DNA of 64,000 nt. Source: a virus. Positions 9,054 through 18,639 of this stretch are shown here, piece after piece. Below the pieces are notes generated by a model. That model ran no database searches, was not told the DNA's origin, and saw only the letters and a list, made by a program, of their open reading frames with translations. Numbering within the stretch: position 1 is the first letter of the stretch; the number at the start of each line of letters is the position of its first letter. The stretch is taken from IMG/VR virus record IMGVR_UViG_3300042923_001106, positions 64,001 to 128,000 of that record. One strand, given 5' to 3'. The position numbers and the translations under genes were made by a program.

Positions 9054-10774
9054 GGGCTTGCTGAACAAAGTTTTCTCGAGCTAAGCCCAACGAACATTTC
9101 CGTAAACCAAGAATCTGAAAAAAAGAAAAAAGAGAGCCCGTAGTCGGCGCTCCAAGTTCATGACCAAGAATTGGAGGGTGATTACGGTTTGACTGGAATC
9201 GGATCGGCGTGTTCGAATAAGACCAAGCCCAAATCGACGTTTGCCTTCTCCGAATTTCCCTTCGATGGCATTTCGATCTGCAGCGTCTTGGCGTTCTTGC
9301 TTTCGATGATCCTGTTCCTGATTCACTTTTGTGGGTCTACCTAGCTTGGGACCACTTAGCCGAATTCCTAGTGCCTTGCAATAGTTTAAGTTTTCTCGGT
9401 TTCGGTAGATCTTATCGGCCAAGATGACAGCTGGATAGTAGCCATGACGCTCTTTGTATGCTTCAACCGATCCCTGTAATGTGGTCGACTCATTAAAATT
9501 ATCCCATTGCATCGTTTCGATCCAAGTGTATCCGCCCACCAAACTGGCCGCAACCTTGGCACCAAATTCAACTGGTGTTCCTGCTTTTCCCCGGACGATG
9601 GGGCGTACATGAGGCTGCTCGATGCTCACGATACGATCCGCGACGGAATGGGTTTGGTTTTTCATCATCTCGCTCTGTTGCCGAACCAGTTCATGGATGA
9701 CAAGGAGGTGGTGATAGTGGGTTTTGCTGAGTACGGTGAGCGGTGTGTGTTCGAGCAGCTTTTCGATGATTCGCAAGTCTCTACCCACATAGGAAAGCTG
9801 CTTCTTGACTGCTTTTTTAATTGTCTTCCCTTTCACTTTGCGCTGCTTGGATACGTTCAGAAAAGCTTTTCGAGCTTCCTCACGATAGGTCCGTGGCTTT
9901 TCCATTTGGCCGATGTGCGGTTGGTGCAGGGTATCGATGATACGTTCTAGGATCTCTCGAGCATGATTCAGCAAGCCCAAGTCCGTCGGATACTTGATGT
10001 CAGCTGGCGCACACGTCGCATCCAGCATTAACGTTCCCAGGTTGGTTTCGTTCTCACCGGACTTTGGTGGTAAGACTTTGAGTGTTTTCATCGGTTTCCG
10101 CACTTTTTTTAGAGGGGATTCGGCCACCTCTGGAACCGTAAGGGCGTCTCCAACCTCCAACGTCAATTGACCGCTGTCAGGATCGTCATCGTCCTTGTCC
10201 TTACTGGCCTTTTCTTGGCGTTGGGCAGCAGCTTCTTGCTCGGCTTTCAAACCTTCCTTGGCAATCACATCATTGACTTCGGCCAGAACATCGGCACCCA
10301 AACGCACTCGAAAATGAGTCATGAGGGAATGATGGAACGGCTCTTGATCGATATAACCCACATACCCAAGGAAGAACTGAAGGTATGGATTTTCCATGAT
10401 CTGCAGGGTTGTTTCCCGATCACTCAAACCAAGTCTTTCCTTGATGATCAACGCTCCAAGTGCGATTCGAACCGAATACGCTTCTTGACCTAGGAGTGGT
10501 GACCTGAACGAATCGGTATACTTCTCTTCCACCTTGTCCCACGGGATCATCTTGGCAAGTTGAACCCAACGATTATTAGGATTCAGTTTCCCACCGAAAG
10601 GCAGATGGAAATCTTCTATAAGTTTTGGCGTACTTTCACTCATTTTAAACATTATTTATTCACTCCGTATGCAAGGTTTTTGGCCGATTTCCGTCTTTTT
10701 CCTTGCATATAAATTCGACAGAATGAGCTCAAACCCCTTGTGGGAGTAAGAAATTATATTTGTTCAGCAAGCCC
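9054..10774 (-). mobile_element. IS5-family insertion sequence, apparently intact
   Basis: 16-bp perfect terminal inverted repeats GGGCTTGCTGAACAAA; TAACTA target duplication at 9048-9053 and 10775-10780; visibly higher GC than its flanks. Confidence 0.95.
9081..10652 (-). CDS. IS5-family DDE transposase
   Basis: LDATCAPADIKYPTD, ILADKIY and RNAIEGKFGEGKRRFGL motifs; DUF772-like N-terminus. Confidence 0.95.
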   Translation of the reverse strand: MFKMSESTPKLIEDFHLPFGGKLNPNNRWVQLAKMIPWDKVEEKYTDSFRSPLLGQEAYSVRIALGALIIKERLGLSDRETTLQIMENPYLQFFLGYVGYIDQEPFHHSLMTHFRVRLGADVLAEVNDVIAKEGLKAEQEAAAQRQEKASKDKDDDDPDSGQLTLEVGDALTVPEVAESPLKKVRKPMKTLKVLPPKSGENETNLGTLMLDATCAPADIKYPTDLGLLNHAREILERIIDTLHQPHIGQMEKPRTYREEARKAFLNVSKQRKVKGKTIKKAVKKQLSYVGRDLRIIEKLLEHTPLTVLSKTHYHHLLVIHELVRQQSEMMKNQTHSVADRIVSIEQPHVRPIVRGKAGTPVEFGAKVAASLVGGYTWIETMQWDNFNESTTLQGSVEAYKERHGYYPAVILADKIYRNRENLNYCKALGIRLSGPKLGRPTKVNQEQDHRKQERQDAADRNAIEGKFGEGKRRFGLGLIRTRRSDSSQTVITLQFLVMNLERRLRALFFLFFRFLVYGNVRWA

Positions 10775-11077
10775 TAACTATTGGGATGAGCAGCATGGCA
10801 TTGGACATAAGCATTATTTCTTCATGTTGAAAGATTGCGTTAATCCTGAAAATCCAAATGGATTTTATAATGAATTCTTGAAGGAGGAGTTAGTTCAACA
10901 CAAACGAGTATTTGAAGCGTTGGGCGGCAAGATGGCAGTTAAAGATGTAGATGATCAATTGTCAGGCGTTGGATTCTCTTCGACAAAACGAAATGAGCTA
11001 TTGGTAAAAGTAAAAGGGCAAACCGAACGAGTATTGCAAATTAAATTCTAAATTAAACTAAGGAGATGTTTTAGATT

Positions 11078-11467
11078 ATGACAAATGCAAATATGTTTGA
11101 GGTAGCAGTTCGGACTAAGATGCGGTTTACGTTTAAAGGCGTAATTTCTGTAGAGGATCTGTGGGATTTGTCGGTTGAGAATTTGGATGCAATTTTCAAA
11201 ACACTCAATTCGCAACTGAAGCAAGTAAAAGAAGAAAGTTTATTGAGCACAAAAACGAAAGAAGACAAAGAACTGGACGTAAAAATCGAAATCGTAAAAT
11301 ACATTGTTAACGTGAAATTGGAAGAGCGAGATAAGCAGCAAAAAGCGAAAGAGCAAAAGGAAAAGAAGCAGAAGATTCTTGAGCTAATCTCTAACAAACA
11401 AGATGAAGCCTTGCAAAATAAATCCGTTGAAGAACTTCAAGCAATGCTTAACGAATTGGATAACTAA
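11078..11467 (+). CDS. Coiled-coil phage protein, probable partner of the IS-interrupted gene
   Basis: RBS AAGGAG; F..GVISVEDLWDLS...LDAI pattern followed by a coiled coil. Confidence 0.7.
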   Translation: MTNANMFEVAVRTKMRFTFKGVISVEDLWDLSVENLDAIFKTLNSQLKQVKEESLLSTKTKEDKELDVKIEIVKYIVNVKLEERDKQQKAKEQKEKKQKILELISNKQDEALQNKSVEELQAMLNELDN

Positions 11468-11479
11468 GTGATGGAAAGT

Positions 11480-11504
11480 GGGTGGTGGTTTCTTACCACT
11501 GCCC
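11480..11504 (+). terminator. GC-rich hairpin after 11467
   Basis: GGGTGGTGGT-ttctt-ACCACTGCCC; no U-tract. Confidence 0.45.
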
Positions 11505-11542
11505 CATGAAACTCGTCATTCGAGGGAAAAGGAGAATAAAAA

Positions 11543-11806
11543 ATGACAAAAGATGAATGTAAACAAAAATATTGCGAGTTTATTGATTCACTGACTACAG
11601 AAGAATTTCAAAGATATTTAGATGATGATGACGAATATCCTGATTTCTTTTATGGGCTACACTCAAATGTTGAAGACCTAGCTACTGTACTTGTAAGAGA
11701 AATAGATAATAACAAAAGACCAATAGAGATCATCTTATATCCTAAAAATATTCATGGTGAGTTAGAGTTTGCAATTGATATTTGGCACAAATATGAAAGC
11801 AAATAA
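11543..11806 (+). CDS. Acidic hypothetical protein
   Basis: RBS AAGGAG; stop lies inside a junction motif. Confidence 0.6.
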   Translation: MTKDECKQKYCEFIDSLTTEEFQRYLDDDDEYPDFFYGLHSNVEDLATVLVREIDNNKRPIEIILYPKNIHGELEFAIDIWHKYESK

Positions 11807-11833
11807 AATTCGTAATTCATAGGAGGAGTTTAA

Positions 11834-12379
11834 ATGAATAAACAATATCAAAAAATCGAATTTACGTGGGGCGGAAATATAGAAACGGCGGTTAATAAAT
11901 TACTGAGTTTTAAAGAGAAAGGAATTCTTGCTTGCGGTGAGTTTAACGGAGTAACCCTGTATTCTGACACGGTTACAATGGACGGAGCATACAATTCGAT
12001 TATAGGGCAGACCAAAAGCGAATTTGATGAGTCGCAAAGAAAATGGAGAGAAGACCATGAGCGCAGAGAAAAAGAGTTCAAAGAGAGCATTCCGACGCTA
12101 AGTGAAGAGTGGATGATTAAAGGTAAAGAAGTGTTGTCTGAGGATAAATGGGAACTATGGGATCGAATTGTTCCAGTTAGGCTTAATGATTTGTATCGTG
12201 GGATGGAGTTGGGATGTTGCTTAGACATTGTAAAAATTCTAAACAATGATGGTAGTCTCGATGAGGCGAAAAAGGCAATCGAAGATCAAAATCATTCGGG
12301 AATGTCTTTTGGATTGGTCTGCTCTATGGTCAGAGAGTTTAGTGACCGAGGAAATGAATTCGTAAGTTACGTCAGGTAA
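11834..12379 (+). CDS. Hypothetical phage protein
   Basis: RBS AGGAGGAG; bracketed by junction motifs. Confidence 0.7.
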   Translation: MNKQYQKIEFTWGGNIETAVNKLLSFKEKGILACGEFNGVTLYSDTVTMDGAYNSIIGQTKSEFDESQRKWREDHERREKEFKESIPTLSEEWMIKGKEVLSEDKWELWDRIVPVRLNDLYRGMELGCCLDIVKILNNDGSLDEAKKAIEDQNHSGMSFGLVCSMVREFSDRGNEFVSYVR

Positions 12380-12502
12380 GGTTATCAAATAAAATCCGCA
12401 TTTTATAAAATAAAAATATAGAGTATTAATTAAATTTGATTAAGAATACCTCTTATACATAACATATCAGTCACCTTAGAGAATGACAAAAAAATCAAAG
12501 AG

Positions 12503-12697
12503 GTGATTTTTATTGGACGGTATTTATTGGAGAAAATGATTGGCTACGATCCGAACACTAAAGTTGAAACTTGGCAAAAGGTAATGGAGAGCGATGATTT
12601 GGATACTCTAAAAGAATTTCTTGGTAATAATTATCGAATCATTGATCGTGCAACCGGCGGATATGGAAGAGAAATATTTAGGAGTGAGTTAGAGTAA
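12503..12697 (+). CDS. Hypothetical protein
   Basis: ORF ending at a bidirectional terminator. Confidence 0.5.
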   Translation: MIFIGRYLLEKMIGYDPNTKVETWQKVMESDDLDTLKEFLGNNYRIIDRATGGYGREIFRSELE

Positions 12698-12702
12698 CAA
12701 AA

Positions 12703-12728
12703 ATCCTGCTGATGAGATTCAGCAGGAT
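12703..12728. terminator. Bidirectional terminator between convergent genes
   Basis: ATCCTGCTGA-tgagat-TCAGCAGGAT, preceded by an A-run. Confidence 0.75.
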
Positions 12729-12738
12729 GTACATAATT

Positions 12739-12930
12739 CTAGGATTCTTCTACATCGTCGAATGATATAAATGTATCTAGAACTTCGAATGTTACATTAT
12801 CCTCAACTTCGGTAGCATTTAGATAATCATAGTTTATCATTGCTTGATTTAACGCTTCTTCGGGTGAATTTGCTGGGATTCGAAGTGTTATGTATTTCGT
12901 ATAAGTTCCGTAAACAATGTACTCTTCCAC
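12739..12930 (-). CDS. Small acidic protein (track labels it +, but it is on the minus strand)
   Basis: Reverse complement of ACTCTTCCAC at 12921-12930 gives GTG GAA GAG T (MEEY...); AGGAG RBS on the minus strand. Confidence 0.7.
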   Translation of the reverse strand: MEEYIVYGTYTKYITLRIPANSPEEALNQAMINYDYLNATEVEDNVTFEVLDTFISFDDVEES

Positions 12931-12947
12931 TGATTATTCGCTCCTTT

Positions 12948-13037
12948 TGTGTCCTTGTGTCCTTTGATTGTTATATTAATCTAAATGTGTCCTTGTGTCA
13001 ATATTTTCTTGGAAACGAGGACACGAAATGATATAAT
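12948..13037. promoter_or_regulatory. Divergent promoter region with TGTGTCCT repeats
   Basis: TGTGTCCTTGTGTC at 12948 and 12986; inverted AGGACAC at 13018; TTGGAA-17-TATAAT (13009-13037) with extended -10. Confidence 0.65.
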
Positions 13038-13062
13038 GTAGATAATCGGAGGTTGATTAGAA

Positions 13063-13863
13063 ATGTACAACAAAGACACTCTTGGCGAAATTTTAACAGA
13101 ATACAGGGAACAGAATGGGTTAGGGCTTCGGGAAGCAGCAGAAAAGATCGGGATCAGTTATTCATATTTAGGTAAGATTGAAAGGCAAGATGTTAGACCA
13201 CCTAAAGAGACTGTAATCAAAATTGCTGAAACATTGGGACTTTCAGTATATAGGCTACTAAATTCATCCGGATATGTAGTAGACATTTTGAAGGATGTTC
13301 GCACGGTTGATCTAAATTTAACTCATGTTGAGCTTCTTGAAGTATTGGAAAAACATAGAATTTATGCCACTATGTATTTAAGACAAGAGGTTTATAAAGT
13401 AGAGCCAAATTATCGAAAGTTTTGCGACAAAATAAATTTTGAATATGAGAGATTCTATGACATTACTACAAATGAAAGATATACTACATTGCACGAGGCA
13501 GCGACTTTATGTCTTTTTTTAAATGTTAATTTTAGCGATGTATTTCAAATAAAAAAAGTAAATTATGACGTTAAATTTATTGGCATGCAAAAAGAAGAAG
13601 ACGTAGCACTTCAATGTCACATGATGATAGAGAAATTCAAAATTAAAAGTCGTGAGAAAAAAAATGAGAGTTCAGATGAGATTGCGGTAACTGCAGAAAA
13701 TGATAACTCAAGAAAGATTAATTTTTCAACTCATGCAATTTCTCAAGAGTTAATTAATTCAGATATGAAGAAGTATCTGCTAGATATTAATGATGATGAA
13801 CTTTATTACTTAGTTCGACAACTTCAGTTATATCGACAGTTAAGATTGAAAATAGGTAAATAA
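13063..13863 (+). CDS. XRE-family HTH regulator, possibly with a second degenerate HTH
   Basis: LTEYREQNGLGLREAAEKIGISYSYLGKIERQDVRPPKETVIKIAETLGL. Confidence 0.85.
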   Translation: MYNKDTLGEILTEYREQNGLGLREAAEKIGISYSYLGKIERQDVRPPKETVIKIAETLGLSVYRLLNSSGYVVDILKDVRTVDLNLTHVELLEVLEKHRIYATMYLRQEVYKVEPNYRKFCDKINFEYERFYDITTNERYTTLHEAATLCLFLNVNFSDVFQIKKVNYDVKFIGMQKEEDVALQCHMMIEKFKIKSREKKNESSDEIAVTAENDNSRKINFSTHAISQELINSDMKKYLLDINDDELYYLVRQLQLYRQLRLKIGK

Positions 13864-13903
13864 AATCCTGATTTCATACTAACAATAAAAGGAGAATGAA
13901 AAA

Positions 13904-14206
13904 ATGACAGAGTTAATTAGTTATCCAGAACACGAAAAATTGAAAAAGGTAAGAGATAAATCACAAGCGATTGGAGAATTCCTTGTGTGGCTACAAGAAA
14001 GATATACGCTCTGTAGTTATTTACCTGTCAGTACCAGATTGACCGAGGAGGGGCATATTGAGATTGTAGAAGATGAACGCGCCAGACATCCTTTCCATGT
14101 GCCCGTAACAAAAAATATCGAAGACTACTTATCCGATTATTTTGGAATCGATCAAGAGAAATTGGAAAAAGAAAAACGTCAAGCGTTAGCGGCACTAAGG
14201 CAATAA
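13904..14206 (+). CDS. Hypothetical phage protein
   Basis: RBS AAGGAG; bracketed by junction motifs. Confidence 0.65.
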   Translation: MTELISYPEHEKLKKVRDKSQAIGEFLVWLQERYTLCSYLPVSTRLTEEGHIEIVEDERARHPFHVPVTKNIEDYLSDYFGIDQEKLEKEKRQALAALRQ

Positions 14207-14242
14207 AACACGGAATTTATTGGGAAAGGAAGAGAATACAAA

Positions 14243-14428
14243 ATGAATGGTGCAGAAGTCCAAATCAGAGACAAAACATCCAGATTTGATGGGATGGTTG
14301 GAAGGATTGTGAAAGTCCAGAAGACACTGCAAGGAAACGATCTTTATATAGTAGCAATGAATCCATTCATCTCTGAGTCATTCTTTCCTGATGAAGTGTT
14401 TGTTTTAGATGATCCAATAAAAAACTGA
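14243..14428 (+). CDS. Small KOW/SH3-like protein
   Basis: GAEVQIR...FDGMVGRIVKV pattern; bracketed by junction motifs. Confidence 0.5.
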   Translation: MNGAEVQIRDKTSRFDGMVGRIVKVQKTLQGNDLYIVAMNPFISESFFPDEVFVLDDPIKN

Positions 14429-14448
14429 TTTTATGGGGAGGAATCAGA

Positions 14449-14757
14449 ATGTTAACGATTGAGGCACTTGTTAATAAAGGATTTAATCGGACAGTGTATG
14501 AGGATCAAACTGGAAAACCAGTTTTTTATACTAGAGAATTTAACGAGTTAAGCGATGTTAAAAGGTTACATAAATACTTGGGGGAAAGTATTGGTGAGTT
14601 TGATTTTGATTACGATGGACTTCGTTGTGTGGTTGAAATTGTAGAGGATTTAAGTGAAGGCCAGTACCTATTTACGGAGAAAAAAATTGAATTCGGATAT
14701 AGTACTCACGACAGACTTTCGACAGAAGATTTTCAACAATTGTTAGATATTTTGTAA
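14449..14757 (+). CDS. Hypothetical protein
   Basis: RBS GGGGAGG; bracketed by junction motifs. Confidence 0.65.
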   Translation: MLTIEALVNKGFNRTVYEDQTGKPVFYTREFNELSDVKRLHKYLGESIGEFDFDYDGLRCVVEIVEDLSEGQYLFTEKKIEFGYSTHDRLSTEDFQQLLDIL

Positions 14758-14793
14758 AGTGATAAAACGGAGATTTCATTCGAATACAAAGGA

Positions 14794-15168
14794 GTGATTA
14801 ATGTGAAGTTAATGGAAGTATCTCTAGCCTTAGTTGTTAAGCTGGTTATGCAGGACTTGGATAACTATATAGAAGGAAAAGAAGAATACTTAACAACTAA
14901 TATCAGAGATGATATTGATCATTGGTTCGAATGGGCTGTATCTGATGATGTTACAGATAAAGAGAAAGAGATAATACTAAACGAACTTCACGAATGTCTT
15001 AACGATATGCGAGTGTGGGCTGAAGATGAGGAAGAGTACAGTGAAATCTTGAACAAAATTAATAGGTATTTTGAAGAGAAATTAGAGAACTCAGAAGAAG
15101 TAGGTGTGTTTAAAGATATTGTTATCAATTACTACAAAGAACAAATAGCAGAAGAATGGAATATCTGA
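14794..15168 (+). CDS. Acidic hypothetical protein
   Basis: Bracketed by junction motifs at 14762 and 15171. Confidence 0.6.
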   Translation: MINVKLMEVSLALVVKLVMQDLDNYIEGKEEYLTTNIRDDIDHWFEWAVSDDVTDKEKEIILNELHECLNDMRVWAEDEEEYSEILNKINRYFEEKLENSEEVGVFKDIVINYYKEQIAEEWNI

Positions 15169-15414
15169 GAATAAAAGATTGGTTTCATGGGGAGTGGATG
15201 ATTTGGAGGAATTATTGGCTGTAATCGAGCGATACAAAGAAACATTTAAGCGAAAAGAAAGATTGCTTAAACCATATCGTGATAAAAAAGAACGACAGAA
15301 GATTTACTTATAAATGAATCAATCTCAATGTTAATTTTGGAGGCCGAAATACGTCAATTGAAAGAAATCATCGAGGATCTTGAACATGTTGTTAGCAGAT
15401 AAAAGACTCGTTTC

Positions 15415-15648
15415 ATGGGGAGGGTGAATAGCTTGAGGAGTAAGGTGCCAACTAATATTAAAGAGGCAATCAGAAAAGCAGCGAAATATAATGCTAAGGC
15501 AAAACAGTATGAGGATATTGTTGAACGTTGGTTTGCAGCAAATGGAGTTGAAGAGAATGATAGCTTCAGGGATACATTTATTGATTGTGTGCAACAAAGT
15601 CCCGATCCTGAAAGGGCAATTGAGGTTTTTGAAAGATACTTAAACTAG
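15415..15648 (+). CDS. Hypothetical phage protein
   Basis: Follows a junction motif; true start probably TTG 15433 after GGAGGG. Confidence 0.55.
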   Translation: MGRVNSLRSKVPTNIKEAIRKAAKYNAKAKQYEDIVERWFAANGVEENDSFRDTFIDCVQQSPDPERAIEVFERYLN

Positions 15649-15685
15649 GAAGAGGTGATTTTCAATAAAGATTTCACATTGGGAG

Positions 15686-15910
15686 ATGTTGCTGTTAATT
15701 TATCAGAATCAATTAGAATCCTTCCCTGTGTACAAAATACAGTGCCACAAAACACTTCTACGTACATGTCTTAAGAATGGATGGGTAGAAGAAAAGGAAA
15801 ACGATACTGTTATTGTAACTGACGCAGGTCTTGAGGCGGCAATGATTGAAATAGCTCCGCTTTATGAGCGCAATAAGGCAGCACAAATCGGACAAACATT
15901 TTCAGGATAA
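15686..15910 (+). CDS. Small winged-helix-like protein (track labels it -, but it is on the plus strand)
   Basis: ATG TTG CTG TTA read directly at 15686; CLKNGWVEEKENDTVIVTDAG resembles a wing; stop lies inside a junction motif. Confidence 0.55.
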   Translation: MLLLIYQNQLESFPVYKIQCHKTLLRTCLKNGWVEEKENDTVIVTDAGLEAAMIEIAPLYERNKAAQIGQTFSG

Positions 15911-15953
15911 AATACTAGTTTTATTTTGAAATAAACACAAAGGAGATGACGGC

Positions 15954-16193
15954 ATGGCGCTTATGGAAGGGGAAAATATAGCACCAAAAACGGCTGCTGA
16001 AGCCAAAAAATTGATTGGGAAGCATGTCCGCTATTTAAGGAGTCAAGACATTGATAAATCTGGAAGAGGTTATTTCTTCCCAAGGTTCGGAATAATTTCT
16101 GAGGTTCATGGAAGAAACATATTTATGGAAAATGGAACAGATATTCAATTGAGCGAGTTGGTTGAGATGGTTGAGATTCAAGTGACTGAATGA
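15954..16193 (+). CDS. Hypothetical phage protein
   Basis: RBS AAGGAG. Confidence 0.6.
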   Translation: MALMEGENIAPKTAAEAKKLIGKHVRYLRSQDIDKSGRGYFFPRFGIISEVHGRNIFMENGTDIQLSELVEMVEIQVTE

Positions 16194-16224
16194 AAGAAAG
16201 AACTGTTTTATCTGGGAGGATGAA

Positions 16225-16680
16225 ATGGAATCGTTGAATGGACTGTTCCTAGAAAAAATGAAAATGTTAGTTCATTGCCATACTGGTCTGCCTCTAATAG
16301 AATTTGATAATGACTACTACGAAAAAACCACAATGTTTATGGGTTATAACTTTGGTGAAAAACTTATAGCATATAATCTACCAATGTACGAACTTAATAA
16401 GAGTCAAATTCCTGAATTAGCACATCTTTCATTAGAGGAGTTTTTTGAAATAGCAGTTTATCACGAAATAGGACACCATCTTGATTACATTGCAAACCCG
16501 AATAGGAAGATATACAGAGAAATGCATGTTAACGATGCGACCAATGAGTTTATTCTTGAAGGTGAACTCAATGCTTATAAATATGGTAGGGATCTTGTGC
16601 CCGACTCCCTAATAAGTTATTACGATATTTTGAACCAATTCAACATAGAGAAGTACAATGAAGTGGCAAATGAAACCTGA
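16225..16680 (+). CDS. Putative HEXXH zinc metallopeptidase (ImmA/IrrE-like fold)
   Basis: AVYHEIGHHLD plus downstream ELNAYKYG. Confidence 0.65.
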   Translation: MESLNGLFLEKMKMLVHCHTGLPLIEFDNDYYEKTTMFMGYNFGEKLIAYNLPMYELNKSQIPELAHLSLEEFFEIAVYHEIGHHLDYIANPNRKIYREMHVNDATNEFILEGELNAYKYGRDLVPDSLISYYDILNQFNIEKYNEVANET

Positions 16681-16918
16681 ATTTCATTCTCAGTTTAAAA
16701 AAGAAATGAGGACTACAAATATGAAGTTTTCAAAAGAAGAATTAGAAGACATGGAAAATGCGATTGATATCGATGTGGAAACAAATAAGGCTTTCTGTCC
16801 TCGTTGTGGTACTGAAATATTAATAAGACAAGAATTTAATAAATGCCCAGATGTAGCGTGTGGGTGGAGACAGTACATGAGAAATAAAAAGACTAGCGAA
16901 AAGTATTATGGTTCTTAA
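16658..16918 (+). CDS. Zinc-ribbon protein
   Basis: CPRCG...CPDVACGW. Confidence 0.5.
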   Translation: MKWQMKPEFHSQFKKEMRTTNMKFSKEELEDMENAIDIDVETNKAFCPRCGTEILIRQEFNKCPDVACGWRQYMRNKKTSEKYYGS

Positions 16919-16976
16919 TTAATGGATCGAGGCTATGAAAACTGACTTTTATCAGTTGGCAAGGAGGTATTTTTAA

Positions 16977-17195
16977 ATGGTCGCAGTGAAAGAAGCACTT
17001 TGTACCAACGATGTGATCAACATAGGAAATTCAAGAATTTCAGTTGCTTTCTACAAGGGTAGATCGTACCCAGTTTATATAGAAGACGATGGCCGAAGTA
17101 TTTGGGCTTTTAATGAAAAAGGGATTGATCAGATGTTACGTGACTTTGAAACGCCGGATACCTTTTTTGACAATCATTTTAGTATCGTTGACTAA
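16977..17195 (+). CDS. Hypothetical protein
   Basis: RBS AAGGAGG. Confidence 0.6.
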   Translation: MVAVKEALCTNDVINIGNSRISVAFYKGRSYPVYIEDDGRSIWAFNEKGIDQMLRDFETPDTFFDNHFSIVD

Positions 17196-17463
17196 AAACA
17201 TTATAGGTTGTCGGGTTGTAATCAATTTTTCAATCAATCATAACAAGATTGAAAGGTGGGCTAGTCTGAACAAACTTTTCATATTCGCATTCTCATCTGC
17301 TATAGGATCAATCGTAATGATAATACTAAATCTAATTTTCTACGGTAACACGCTGGCAACGGGTATATTAGCAGCATCAACAGCGCTAAATAGTGCAATG
17401 CTTTGGACTTTTCATAGAGAAGAAACTGTCGATGCGCTGAAGAGAATATTTTGGAGAAAATAA
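17089..17463 (+). CDS. Small two-TM membrane protein (true start probably near 17266)
   Basis: Two hydrophobic segments in the C-terminal 65 aa; AAGGTG RBS precedes CTG 17266. Confidence 0.45.
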   Translation: MAEVFGLLMKKGLIRCYVTLKRRIPFLTIILVSLTKNIIGCRVVINFSINHNKIERWASLNKLFIFAFSSAIGSIVMIILNLIFYGNTLATGILAASTALNSAMLWTFHREETVDALKRIFWRK

Positions 17464-17508
17464 AACTTGCTCTTATAGAAATTCTAAGTTAAAGGGGATG
17501 TTCTTAAA

Positions 17509-17952
17509 GTGAATAGTTATCTCGAAAGATACATTGAAAATCTTACGGGTAGAACTTTTTTCAAAAGCGTAGTGCAAATGGAAGATAAGCTTATTATTTT
17601 CTTTTATAACTCATACCAAGAGTTTCGGGAAGACAAAAACACTACTCAGATCACTGAGGAAGATTATCAGGAGTACTTTACACAGAACACCATTGAAAAA
17701 ATCTTGGTAGGTGAACCGGCGAGGATTATGAGGGAGTTTCCCTTTATTGATTCAGTAGAGATTAAAATGCCAAAATATGCAACCGAAATCAAAAGGGACC
17801 TACTGAATGAGTTTCTGGGTTTTCGAATTGAACAAACAAGTGTTTTTGATGGTACTTGGAGAAGTCAATTTTCAGATGTGTACATTTATAATAAAACCAA
17901 GCGGAAGCAATTTATTACCGAGTTCGTTAATATCGATAAAGAAGATCAATAA
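17509..17952 (+). CDS. Hypothetical protein
   Basis: RBS AAGGGG; stop lies inside a junction motif. Confidence 0.65.
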   Translation: MNSYLERYIENLTGRTFFKSVVQMEDKLIIFFYNSYQEFREDKNTTQITEEDYQEYFTQNTIEKILVGEPARIMREFPFIDSVEIKMPKYATEIKRDLLNEFLGFRIEQTSVFDGTWRSQFSDVYIYNKTKRKQFITEFVNIDKEDQ

Positions 17953-17984
17953 AAGTTCCACTTTTATCGGACGAATGGAGGGTA

Positions 17985-18272
17985 TTGAAATTGTCCACAT
18001 CATTAGTTGTTCTTCTAGTAATTTTCATTATCGTTATCTTTATTTTCGGAAAATCGAATAAGCGGCGTTTTGGACGTAGGGGATATACAAAGGGCTACAA
18101 TAGAAATAGTTATGATGAAACAAGACAACAAAGAGAACAAGAAAGGACCATCAGATATTTGGAAAGGCAGCAAGAGAGAGAAGAAAGATATTCAAAGAGG
18201 CATGGCCAAAGTTATAATTTTCGGAACAATAAGTCTAAATTTGGTCAAACAAACAAGAGCAGATTTAAATAA
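17985..18272 (+). CDS. Single-pass membrane protein with R/Q-rich tail
   Basis: N-terminal hydrophobic helix; bracketed by junction motifs. Confidence 0.6.
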   Translation: MKLSTSLVVLLVIFIIVIFIFGKSNKRRFGRRGYTKGYNRNSYDETRQQREQERTIRYLERQQEREERYSKRHGQSYNFRNNKSKFGQTNKSRFK

Positions 18273-18302
18273 AAGGTCAATTTCATGTGATGGGGTGATA
18301 AG

Positions 18303-18590
18303 ATGAAGCAATCTGACTATAATCGAGCAGCAAGAAAAATTGCCAGAGCGAATGCTGCTTTATGGGATGCTATTGGTCTAATTAACGAAGCATTATCAGA
18401 TCCAGTTATCAGTAAACTCCTTGAGGAACATGATAATGACAAACAAAAACTTTTTGAGAAGTTAGCTACTGCTTATGAAAAGATCAATAAGAAGTATGAT
18501 GGTTTTATAGATGCTGGAATGCATGGTAGAGATATTGATGATTTTGATAATTTTACAACCAAGTTTGCGGAAGTGTTGGAAACCGAATAA
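18303..18590 (+). CDS. Hypothetical protein
   Basis: Exactly bracketed by junction motifs at 18269 and 18587. Confidence 0.65.
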   Translation: MKQSDYNRAARKIARANAALWDAIGLINEALSDPVISKLLEEHDNDKQKLFEKLATAYEKINKKYDGFIDAGMHGRDIDDFDNFTTKFAEVLETE

Positions 18591-18639
18591 AATGTCAGTT
18601 TCATTTTTTTAAGTAACAGTAAATTAAAGGAGTAGGTTT

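Larger units (their letters stand above)
7285..11051 (+). pseudogene. Large phage protein (679 aa if restored), interrupted by an IS5-family element
   Basis: Removing 9054-10780 restores an open frame ...[23 protein letters not shown]... (2040 nt). C-terminal half has an [27 protein letters not shown] (DUF2135/YfaP-like) pattern. Confidence 0.9.

Noticed and set aside
9386-10493. ORFs 9386-9610, 9507-9950 and 10167-10493
   Set aside because: Shadow frames of the IS5 transposase.
12739-15910. Track strand labels for 12739..12930 (+) and 15686..15910 (-)
   Set aside because: Direct reading shows the reverse: the first protein is encoded on -, the second on +.
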